DNA of 64,000 nt from contig OX597832.1 in NCBI GenBank assembly GCA_951406725.2, positions 48,050,001 to 48,114,000 on the forward strand, given 5' to 3'. The notes under the pieces are model-generated. The model saw nothing but the letters and a program-made list of their open reading frames with translations. It made no database searches and was not told the origin of the DNA. This document shows, piece by piece, positions 1 through 10,596 of this stretch. A program made the position numbers and the translations under genes. Within the stretch, counting starts at the first letter, position 1. Each line of letters opens with the position of its first letter. The stretch comes from Octopus vulgaris (Eukaryota).

Positions 1-212
1 TAGTCTATCAGAACTATAAAGCCAGCCAGAGAAGGCTATTGGTTGTTGGATGAGGCAACTCCAAGACATAACACATGCGATAACAGGGCTCCCATGCAGA
101 TTAAATTATCACAGATTTAGGTTTAAGCTTATATATACTAAGCAATTTCAACTCCCCACCATTCCCCAAATTCAAAAAGATCAAATTGTTCTAAGCAATT
201 CATAAAAGATTG

Positions 213-241
213 TCATCGCATCTGTTCCACTGAGAACATCT
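213..241 (-). CDS. Candidate short terminal (or poison) exon adding QMFSVEQMR* after exon 5a or 5b
   Basis: Strong acceptor (tttgac, long U tract, ttttacctgtag|AG) with about 80 nt free of AG upstream. Phase-1 join C+AG gives Q, then ATG TTC TCA GTG GAA CAG ATG CGA TGA. No homology support. Confidence 0.4.
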
Positions 242-584
242 CTACAGGTAAAAATTCAGGTAAAAAAAAAAAAGTCAAATCAAAAAACAAAAACAAATCA
301 AATTCAAAGAGCAAAAAATCAACCTAGAAATGAAAAAGAGCAGTGGGGGGAAGAAAAGGGGGCCAGGAATAATGACAATGTTTCGAGGCAATAAGACTGG
401 CAAGGAGGAGCCCAAGGAGAGTGAAAAAAGGGGAATTGAAGAAGGGGTCGGAAGAGAGAGAGAGGAAAAAAAAAAAAAAGAGTTGCAGGCTAAGATAAGA
501 GGGCAGGTGCAGCTAGAGTGAATTCTAAGCTGTCAGAAAAACCATGACACACAGCTGAAACTGCACGGCACTTCCCAAACTTAC

Positions 585-699
585 GGGTGGAGGAAGGTTG
601 TGCTGCAGAGGCGGATGGTTTAGAAGTGTCACGATATGTGCCGTTAATGATAGCTAGCTCCATGAGTTGTCGTTTCTTTAAGTCATCCTCTCCTTCGGG
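585..699 (-). CDS. QKI: quaking/how exon 5b (QUA2, second tandem copy): PEGEDDLKKRQLMELAIINGTYRDTSKPSASAAQPSST
   Basis: Acceptor cctttttcag|CCC and donor ACCC|gtaagt; 115 nt, phase 0 to 1. Lies within ORF 490..738. Confidence 0.93.
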
Positions 700-761
700 C
701 TGAAAAAGGATCACAAGGAACACAGTTGTAAAGAACATGACTTAATAGAGTATGTACACAG

Positions 762-767
762 CATGCA
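762..767 (-). promoter_or_regulatory. UGCAUG Rbfox-type motif in the 85-nt intron between 5a and 5b
   Basis: Plus strand catgca equals minus strand TGCATG, starting 18 nt into the intron after the 5a donor. Confidence 0.45.
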
Positions 768-784
768 CTATTTAGCAAACTTAC

Positions 785-881
785 GATGGATGGATGAACC
801 AGTTTTGAAATCCCGGTAAGTTCCATTTAAGATAGCAAGCTCCATTAATTGCATTTTCTTGAGTTCATCCTCCCCCTCAGG
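785..881 (-). CDS. QKI: quaking/how exon 5a (QUA2, first tandem copy): [32 protein letters not shown]
   Basis: Read by hand; absent from the ORF track. Acceptor ttttctttcag|CCT and donor CATC|gtaagt; 97 nt, phase 0 to 1, no stop codons. QUA2 motif LKKxQLMELAIxNGTYRD. Confidence 0.9.
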
Positions 882-910
882 CTGAAAGAAAACAAATGGG
901 GTGCAGGGGT

Positions 911-935
911 GATTAGAAGCGAAGAACAATTAGTA
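911..935 (-). promoter_or_regulatory. Bipartite QKI response element overlapping the predicted exon 5a branch point (UACUAAU-N13-UAAU)
   Basis: Minus strand reads TACTAAT tgttcttcgcttc TAATC, about 30-54 nt upstream of the 5a acceptor. Matches the QRE consensus NACUAAY-N1-20-UAAY. Confidence 0.6.
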
Positions 936-1308
936 AGTGGAGTGGGGGATGGGTGGGAAAGTAGGGCAGCATTGCAAGAAACTAAGAATACAAAGGCTAC
1001 AGCTAGGGCTCGATGGAAGCAGATGACATCAGCCTCTCACTAACTTCTCTAGCACAGAAACATTCCACACTACATCTAAAGTTACGACTATCATCAGTAT
1101 TGGTGGGGGTGGTGGTAAGAAAGAACTTTGGGGAGAAATACACAGGGGGTAACATCGTGATTCTTTGGGGGCAGGGGCACGGTTTTGATAAAAACTGGAC
1201 AGTCTAAATTTTTAGTATTAAGCTATATTAAATATTCTGTAAATAAATATATAAAAATTGAAGACCAGTGAAATGGAAAGGGGGGAAAAGAAAAAAAGAA
1301 AAAATATA

Positions 1309-1695
1309 GGCGTGGCCGTGTGGTAAATAGCTTGTTTACCAACCACATGATTCCGGGTTCAGTCCCACTGCGTGGCACCTTGGGCAAGTGTCTTCTACTA
1401 TAGCCTTGGGCCGACCAAAGCCTTGTGAGTGGATTTGGTAGACGGAAACTGAAAGAAGCCTGTCGTATATATGTATGTGTGTGTATATGTTTGTGTTTGT
1501 CCCCCTAGCATTGCTTGACAACTGATGGTGGTGTGTTTATGTCCCTGTCACTTAGCAGTTCGGCAAAAGAGACCGACAGAATAAGGACTGGGCTTACAAA
1601 AGAATAAGTCCCGGGGTCGAGTTGCTCGATTAAAGGCAGTGCTCCAGCATGGCCACAGTCAAATGACTGAAAGAAGTAAAAGAGTAAAAGAGAGA
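1309..1695 (+). mobile_element. SINE family 1 (tRNA-derived head, internal (TA)/(TG) microsatellite, gtaaaagag tail)
   Basis: A-box-like tggccgtgtggtaa, B-box-like gggttcagtccc, tail caaatgactgaaa...gtaaaagag. More than 20 related copies in the window. Confidence 0.85.
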
Positions 1696-1774
1696 GTACC
1701 CAAGGAGAGTTTTCCCCGTTAGAACAAAACCCCCAGTGCAATTTGTAAAGCCCCACTCACTTTTATGAAGTGTT

Positions 1775-1951
1775 TAACCCTTGTTTTGAATTAATCATGC
1801 ATCATCTTGTAGTTTAGATATTTCAATTATGTGATTGCTTAGTTTCAGAATGACATTGTAGGGCTGAGGTGAGAGGCCAGATCTGGCCAGTTTCAACATG
1901 AAACAGGTTAAATATTTTGGCATATGGTTGGTTTGAATGCTAAAGGGTTAA
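1775..1951. mobile_element. piggyBac-like MITE family B (degenerate)
   Basis: ttaaccctt...aatgctaaagggttaa with TTAA ends. Confidence 0.65.
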
Positions 1952-2744
1952 ACTGCCCTCTATATTTAACAAAGGAATACTCAGAGCTCAAAGTCAGAAG
2001 TTCCCACTAAGGAAATCTGCCATAGGTTTCCCCAGCAAGTCTTATGCAAATGGCATTTTTTTTTTCTTTTTCAATGTGAGTCCCTCTTCACTTGTGGATC
2101 ATTCGGAATTTAATGACTTAGAAGAGCTGCAGTTAAATGAAATAAAATGCCAACAGTCAACACCAAGCATCAGTGATTCTCTTCCAATTACTAGTGCCAT
2201 GCTGTAAGTATATGCAAATTACTCCTAATGGACTCGGGTAGGCAAGATAGTTACCATGGCAGCCACAGACCCCTGAGTGTGGACAGGATTTTGAAATTTC
2301 TGGAAGAAATATTTGAAATAACTCCCTTTGGGAAACCAAAAGTTATTACTATCTTTTGAAATACTTTTCGGATTGGTATGGGCTAGAAAACAACAGTTGC
2401 TGGAGATGGAAAGAGAGAGAGACTGTGTGTGTATGTGTGCATGTGTATACATACACCCACAGGTGTGCAGAATAGACAGCTGATAGAATGTTTTGAGATG
2501 TAAGTAGCAGGTGAAAGGAAATTTTGAAAGTATGTCAATAACGAAGTCTGAACCGGAGTCCTGATTGAGTAAGGTGTTTGAAAATTTAACACCCACTGCA
2601 GCAGGACGATGTATTCTGATCCGTTGCAAGTGCTAGACTGTGCAGACAGCATTAAAACTGTGCATGCAGTTTTTAGTCATCAAAGGACAAGACTTCGCAT
2701 ACCTTTTGCATTTCCCTCCAAGCAAAAGCCAATGAGGGAAAAGT

Positions 2745-2853
2745 GGAGCAACGTGAAATGAAGTGTTTTGCTCCAAGAACATAAAGCATCGCCCCGTCAG
2801 GGAACTGAAACCACGATCTTGTGATCCTAAGTGCAACACTAACCACTAGGCCA
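2745..2853 (-). mobile_element. SINE family 3, 5' fragment (tRNA head)
   Basis: Similar to the full copy at 39724-39973. Confidence 0.6.
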
Positions 2854-3508
2854 TATGAGGAGGATACAAATGGGACATTAGCCTTTTACTAACACCGTTC
2901 AGTGTCGCCATAAGACTCAGCAGATGGTGTTGTGCAATAGGACCAGGAGGTAAAGACCTGTGCAAGGAGGGTTTGGTTTTATTGTGCCATGTGCACTGTT
3001 ACCATTAGCACCCTTCCTCGTCCCAGGACAAATGGTCTCGCATCTCAGCTGCTGCAAAGTCCATAGGGATTCTCATCCTTTTCCAAAAGGATGACTACAT
3101 CTATAATAAATGAATAAATGCTTGCACTTCTTAAGCTGTTATACTGTAAGCACAGTGCCCTAAACCTCATTGTCACGTCTTTGTTAAACCCTTTCCCCTA
3201 ACAGGTTTTCCTTTAAATCCACTGACACAGTGAAACTACTGGGACTTCAGCCAACAACTGTGCACCTGTGTGTCCCCTGTGCATTTTCTTTGTACTTTAT
3301 GCCCCCCACTTCTCTCTCATGCACACACATGAACTATCACAATCCAGCCTACTTTTTTTTTTACATTTTACTAATTAACTTAATGTGGGCAACCAGACAT
3401 ACTCCCACTATCAAACTATTAATAGCATTTCTCAGTGGTGGTGCACTAACAGAAATATTTCTATTTTCATCTATATTTTGGGGATGATATTCACATAAGA
3501 ATCCTCCA

Positions 3509-3544
<36 letters not shown>

Positions 3545-3717
3545 AATTCACTTCTAACTGCTTTAGAAATGCAGTCACAAAATCATATCACCTGCAGTTC
3601 ATACTGGAATTTTAGTGGCATGACAATTTGATCACTCCAAGAGCTTACCTATCAGGTAGAGTCACCTTGACAAAAACTCCTAATCTCTCTCGATATATAT
3701 ATATATATATAATCATT

Positions 3718-4091
3718 TGCACAGGAGTGGCTGTGTGGTAAGTAGCTTGTTTACCAACCACATGGTTCCGGGTTCAGTCCCACTGAGTGGCACCTTGGGC
3801 AAGTGTCTTCTACTATAGCCTCGGGCCAACCTAAGCCTTGTGAATGGATTTGGTAGATGGAAACTGAAAGAAGCCCGTCGTATATATGTATATGTGTGTG
3901 TTTGTCCCCTCTAGCATTGCTTGACAACCGATGCTAGAGTGTTTATGTCCCCCGTTACTTAGCAGTTCGGCAAAAGACACCGATAGAATAAGTACCGAGC
4001 TTACAAAAGAATAAGTCCCGGGGTCAAGCTGCTCGATTAAAGGCGGTGCTCCAGCATGGCCGCAGTCAAATGACTGAAACCAGTAAAAGAG
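3718..4091 (+). mobile_element. SINE family 1
   Basis: Same head, body and tail as 1309-1695. Confidence 0.85.
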
Positions 4092-6529
4092 TATGTCTTT
4101 TTTCCCATGCTAGCATGAGTTGGACAGTTTGACAAGAACAGACAAGCCAGAGGGCACAAGCAGGTTCTATGACTGTTTTGGCACAGTTTCTGCAGCTGGA
4201 CGCCCTTCCTAATGCCAACCACTTAAGAGTGTAATAGTAATCTGAAATCAGTAACTGCGCACACACATACAGAAGAAGGAAGGAAGAGAAAGAAATCACT
4301 GCTTTTTAGAGAAAAAAAAGCGCAGGAGATATGAATAGCAGAACCACAGCAAGTTTGCGATACTATTGATAGGGATGAGTGGGGAGTTATCATGCAGTTT
4401 TCTCTTAAAAATTTACAAGTGTGATGGCAGAAGGGGAAGTGTTTAAGTGTGTAGGGAATGGGGGGTGAAAGGGGGTAAAAAAAACAAGATAAACATGCAA
4501 TAGAGAAACTATAGAGAAATTTAAGTAATATATATTCAAATATGAATTTATTTACAATTTTTTTTTTGTGTATTTTAAAAAAAAAGCATGCAGTTTGCTG
4601 CCAGGAATTTTTTTTTTTTTTTTTTTAATTTTAATAGAAACTTTACATATATTTATATATACTTTTTTTTTTTTTTGCAATTTCTTTCACTGAACGAACA
4701 AGTTGCTTGTTATACTAACATCTACATAAGACACACACACACACGTTTTGAGTTTAAACGACAACATGAAAGCGAGTGTGGAGGAGGGGGGGAAGGGGGA
4801 GACAAAAAAAAGGTGTTTTGCAAATATCACATTTCAGGAAAAGAAAAAAAAAACAAAAAAAACAAAACTGAAGCAAATGGAAAAAAAATATAGGAAAATA
4901 AAAATTACAAAAAATTACTATAAGTACCAAAGTGCAAATATTTAAAAAAAAAAATTTTTTTTTTTTTTTTTTTGGTTAAAAGCAACTGGCAACCTGTGAA
5001 ATTGGAATTGAAGAGCCACAGAAGACAACAGCTAAGAAACATTATCACCAATATATAATATATATATAAATATATAGCAAATAGAATGTGAAGGAAAAAT
5101 AAAAAAAAATAAAGTGGAAATAATAATATAAAAATATAAACAAAGAAAGCTTTACACCTATGTTTGGGAGATAGTCATGCAAGAACCTTCCAGAATATAT
5201 ATATATATAATACACACATCTAGAATATATATATATATATATATAATATACATATATATATATATATATATAATATACATATATATACATATGTATATGT
5301 ACATATGTGTGTGAGTATATATGTGTATGACACACAATATAGATTTACTTACATGTTTGGAATCAAGTTGACAGTCCTTCCTCGAAGCATGTAATAAAAA
5401 TTGTTGCAGGATTCTTAAACAATAGTTTTAGAAATCTAATACAAGCAAACAAATGACTAATCTCTATTATTTTTGCTTTGTAGGAAAAAGAAAATAATGT
5501 TTTGTTTTTTTTTTTGCATTTTTACCCATTTCCTTTAAAAAACAAAAATCTCTTAAGATGTGGCTCCAATCACCACAACATTCAACAGAACAGGAAGAAT
5601 AAAATAATGAAAATAAAAAATGTGGAAAACACCATTATTACACATACCAATTATTATTACTTTTCTATAGGTTTTGGCCGGTTTCAGTCATTGGACTGCA
5701 GCCATGCTGAGGACATTGCTTTCATCATGTATTTAGTCATATATATATATATATATAGAGAGAGAGATCTTTCCCAGCACTCCTAGTACTTATTTTACTG
5801 AATACCAGACTAGAATACAGGACATTAAGAAACGAATACACACATTATGAACTACTGTACCATTTCTATGGTGCCAAATCCCAGTCATGGAGTACAGGTT
5901 AGCTTGAAATTATAGAAGGCACTTGCGCAAAACGTCACACATTAGGACTGAATTGTGTAGTTGCAAAGTGGACCTGTTAATCACACAACCATCCTGTGTA
6001 CAGCTAAGAATTTCCACAAGTAAAACCCATTCACAGACGGAACAGATTTCTGCATGAAGGGTTTTCTATGGAATGACCTGTAGGTCATCAAGTCAGTTCT
6101 CAGTACATGACTGCATTTTGGCTATTGAAAAACTTCCTATGAAACATAGTTTGACTTACATTAGCAGGAGAGGATTGAGTCCTTGGGTTCATAAGGTCAG
6201 GGCTTAGTCAGGTTCCCATGGAGTATAAGTGACAGATTATAACACTCCTCCACCACTGAATGGGATGCAAGTATATAACAGGATTAACTGCCCAACTAAT
6301 GGTGGAACCTATTCACTGGACTGGAGCAACATGAAGTGAAGGTTTTTTTTTTGTTTTTTTGCTCAAGAACACAATGTAGTGCCCAATACAGAAATTCAAA
6401 CTGATCTTAAGAAGACTGGAGCATAAATGAAATACACAACTACACCAAACACCTGCACTCTCATGTTAAGTACTAAGATCAAATCTTCTAGAGGTCTTGG
6501 AGAAGACCTCTTGATACATAAACCCTAGG

Positions 6530-6720
6530 ACAATGCTTTGGTGATGAAAAGGTGCCATGTACCTGACAGTGAACAGTACCCATGGCAGAGGAAGAGCAAG
6601 AATGAAATGGTGTGGCTTGATTTCACATAGTTCTGACACAACCTGACATTCCATTGTGCTTGAAAGACAGAAGATGATCGCTTCAGATCCATACAAGATT
6701 ATGATCAGGATTAGCATTGC
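6530..6720 (+). mobile_element. Degenerate RTE-clade LINE 3' fragment
   Basis: One frame reads VNSTHGRGRARMKW, resembling the RTE ORF C-terminal G..RGRPR.RW motif. Confidence 0.4.
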
Positions 6721-6804
6721 TACAGATTGATTCCTTTAAATCCCTATAGCAAGCTAATAATTCTACCATATCTTGCTTTAACTGTAGTTAAGCTCCTAGG
6801 GTAA

Positions 6805-6989
6805 TTAACCCTTTAACAATTAGATTATTCTGTCAAATCTGATATTTATTTATTCACATTGCTTTGTGTTAACCATAGATTATCTCAGAGATTCAAGATC
6901 TCAATGCTGTGATTATTTTCAGAATGACATTGTATGGTCGGTGTGAGAGTCTAGATCTGACTGGTTTAAAACTTATGCTAAAGGGTTAA
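6805..6989. mobile_element. piggyBac-like MITE family B
   Basis: ttaacccttta...tgctaaagggttaa. Confidence 0.7.
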
Positions 6990-8427
6990 TAAAGAAAAGA
7001 AAATTTTAAACTTTTCCTCAAATATCTCTGCAGCCACATTAAGACATTTTCAATCAAAAGTACAAAACACAAAATGGTACAAAACGTTTTTGGCTGAATG
7101 AGAATTTCCACAGAAACAAATTCACACAATCCTAAAGCTAAGTGAGGCTGGCGCTAATATTAGGCAAGGCGGAACACAAAACTCAAGTTTCAAGATTAGG
7201 TAAACCATATATGTTTGCATTCATTTATATACTAAAATATAATGAATATACTGGGAATAATTACTGAGAGAAAGGAACAATACTTAGTCCTTGGACTGTG
7301 GCCATGCTGGGGTAGTCCTTTCTCAGCTATAGTCTAATACATCAACACCAATTATTGGAAGGGTGAGAGGTTAAGTTGACCTGATAGAGATTTTGAACAC
7401 AGAACATGTAGGACATAACCATATACAACAAGGCAGTTTTGTCCGTGCTCTGCCGACTGCTATATTATCCTCTGATGTGAAATGTTGAAAATGAAATACT
7501 CCAAAACTGAGAGCAGTATTACAAAGCAAGAATGCTTAGAAAATAAGAGAAATGCCAATGATTTATTGGAGTAAACAAGACTAAGAGGAAAATGAGGGGA
7601 AAAACTTTTGTACTGATGAAAAACAATGAGTAATTAATTATAAAGGTACAAATGTGAAATTAGCTAAATAAACTAATGGTGGTGTTGGGACGATAGAGAG
7701 AGGGAAAAAGAAAGGAGGGAAAATCCTCCTCGTAAAATTTTCAAGAGCATATAAAATTTTTATTTATCTTCCTGGTCACAGGACACTAAAAGGAAACTTT
7801 TAAAGAAGAAAAAAAAATCCTACAGAAAATAAGAAACCTGAGAGACTAAATATTTCAGATAAGTAAAAGGAAGCTAAGGTCATGCATTTCCATATTAGAG
7901 AGATCTTAGAATTGACAAGCAAATAGTGTTACAAAGAAAAGATATGCATGAAATATTATCTCTGCTGCACCCCACCCGTCAGATTCAGGGTGAAAATAAA
8001 AAATTTTTAATTAGTTTTTTTTTTTTTTTCCACTTTAATCAAGCAACAAGGAAAAAAAAAAAGAGAAAAAGACTAGTTTGCTTTATTAGCTTAGTTAGAA
8101 CCCTTTCCATGCTGTGATGAAAATTTAGTCACCAGAGAGAAACACTAGTCTTGTAATACAGATTTGCCATTGGCTTAGTAAATTCATTATTATGATTATT
8201 TTTATTAATAAATTACATTATTATAATATCAGCAGTCAAAAAAAAAAAAAAAAATCAAAACTAAGCAGAATTAAGCAATTTTTAGAACCTACTGTTTTAG
8301 AAAAAAACTAACAATACTTCCCCACCTCTTTCCCCGTCTGCCAACCCCGCCTTCAGATACCCGCATTTACCAAATACTTTGTCTACTCAAACCAGCTTAA
8401 AAAGACAATTATTACTGTGTTACTTAC

Positions 8428-8571
8428 TGCTGGCACCAACAGTCGTTTCACTTCTTCGACAGCCTTCTGTAACTTGATTTCTGCTCTGTTACGTGTGTCT
8501 TCTACAGTGATGAGTACATGCAACTCTTCGTTCAAGTGTTCCCAGTTTGGCTTTCCCCGATTCAACTCCTC
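8428..8571 (-). CDS. QKI: quaking/how exon 4 (KH C-terminal half): [48 protein letters not shown]
   Basis: Acceptor atgcag|GAG and donor GCA|gtaagt; 144 nt, phase 0 to 0. [19 protein letters not shown] motif. Confidence 0.97.
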
Positions 8572-9774
8572 CTGCATAGTAGGAAAATCCAAAAGCCAGT
8601 GAGCGAACAGTCAAGAAGCCCGGCAAAAGTTAAAAAGGTATCGGCACACTCGGTGCCGTTTCAATTATTCAAGTACAAGTCAGGGGAGGGAGTTCCTCAA
8701 CATATGGCAGCTTAGTAGCACCCCACTTTCACAGAATGGCATTTAAACATATCTTCCCTTGTGTTTTTGTAAAGACAAAAGAAAAAGTTTTTAAATCGAA
8801 CAGGAGCTAGTGCACAAAATCTCATCCAACCTGTCTCTCTTATACATTTGCATGAACTGGGTGCAATGTGGCTATGTGGTTGAGGAGCTTGCTTCTGAAA
8901 CATGGTCTTGGGTCCAGTCCGATGGCATGATGCCATCTTCTGAGTTTTCTACCGTAGCCCTGGGCTGACCAAAGTCTTGTGAGTGGATTTGGTAGTCAGA
9001 AACTGAAAGAAGCTCATCATGTGTGTGTGTGTGTGTACGTACTCATCCATGTCCCAGTGTGTGAATGAACATCACTATCATACAAGCGATGCTGTTTGTT
9101 CCTAGTCTTCCATGGAAAATGTTAACTTGGAAATGTAAAGGTTGGGGACAGGAAGGGATTCTGGCCTTAGAAAATTTAACTCAACAGATTGTCTGACTCC
9201 TACAAGAATGAACATTAAATGATGATGGCATCTCTATGTCCAATATTTATGGAAATGGCTCCATAATTACATATCAGACTTCGTGGCACCATCAGTCAAG
9301 TTTTGTTCTCATTGATAACAAAATCCTATTCGTATATTAATCCTAACAAAGCTTTTTTCTTTTTCTTGAAATGCATTTGGTTTACATTTCTTTACTCCTA
9401 AGAAAAATCACAATCCCTTGTGGGTTCACAATATCCTGAAAGGGTGGTGACACAATCCAAGCTAATGCATTGAAAGTTGCAATTTAAAGCTGTGAATAGA
9501 CACCACGGGAGTTAAACATTGGCTCTGAACTTAAAGTTTAAATTCTTGACTCTGCCTTTTGAACTTTTACCACTGTGTATGTGTGTGTGTGTGTATAAAC
9601 ACACTACTCATCATGAGACAAGCTATGTATAGTATTTATGAACTAGAAAAACTTAAAGCTGGCTTAGTTTATTTAGTTCAATATACATTCACACACAAAT
9701 GTGTGTGTTTTGTTTTTGTTTGTTTTTGTTTTTCCAGTTTCAGCTCTTGAGCTGTGGCCATGCTGGGGCACCGC

Positions 9775-9941
9775 CATTGTGGTGAAAGAGTACAGCAGGG
9801 ATCACCACCCCCTGCCGGAGCCTCGTAGAGCTTTTTAGGTGTTTTCGCTCAATAAACACACACAACGCCCGGTCTGAGAATCGAAACCGCGAACCTGCGA
9901 CCGCGAGTCCGCTGCCCTAACCACTAGGCCATTGCGCCTCT
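9775..9941 (-). mobile_element. SINE family 4, 5' part (tRNA-Arg-like head)
   Basis: Minus strand gaggcgcaatggcctagtggttagggcagcggactcgcg...ggtttcgattc; similar to 49243-49631. Confidence 0.7.
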
Positions 9942-10010
<69 letters not shown>

Positions 10011-10596
10011 AACACACGCAGAGTGCGGACAATATTCGTTCACATGACTATCTCAAGAAAAAAGTATTTGTTTTTTCAGATATATTAATCAAATTTGGGT
10101 CACTTTGTCCTCATGGCACATATGTGTGTGTGTGTATTTATGTAGCCTAATTTAGTCAGGGGTGGCCTTGCATTGGCACAGCTTATAACGTGCAAGCTCA
10201 AGGAAGGCTTTTTTTTTGTCCTCACTTCTTGACTGGCAATTGACTATGCATACATATTTCTCTTCAATGTTTTATCTAAGAGAAAGATTACTGGACTTGG
10301 ACCTATACAGCTCGGCACCACCAGCCTCATGGCAGATATTGCTTTTAGAATGCAAAGAGCAGGAAACTGATACCACGAGCTATGTCAACTGACTTAACAT
10401 GTTCTGCCAAGCCACTGTCCTGAACTTTTTGTTTTTTCTTTTTAAAAATCAGTCCTTAAAAGGATGAAAAGCCAAGTTGACCTCAGTGAAATTTGAACTC
10501 AGATCAGAGTTATAAGACAATCTGCTCCACACCAACAACTCAGCCAAAAACTTAAGATTGTTAAAAAAAATTTCTAGGAAGTGGTATTGTTCATGA

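Noticed and set aside
3073-3094. Perfect 10-bp inverted repeat tcatcctttt-cc-aaaaggatga
   Set aside because: Isolated short palindrome resembling a family 2 SINE motif; no supporting context.
766-7928. Second pairing CACUAUUU (7921-7928) with AAAUAGUG in the 5a-5b intron as a competing selector
   Set aside because: Only 8 AT-rich base pairs; expected by chance.
565-8659. ACGGCAC/GUGCCGU complementarity bracketing exons 4-5b
   Set aside because: Only 7 bp, and the upstream arm already has a local hairpin partner.
9870-9941. tRNA-Arg-like sequence
   Set aside because: It is the head of a SINE and continues into the SINE body; no intact acceptor stem.
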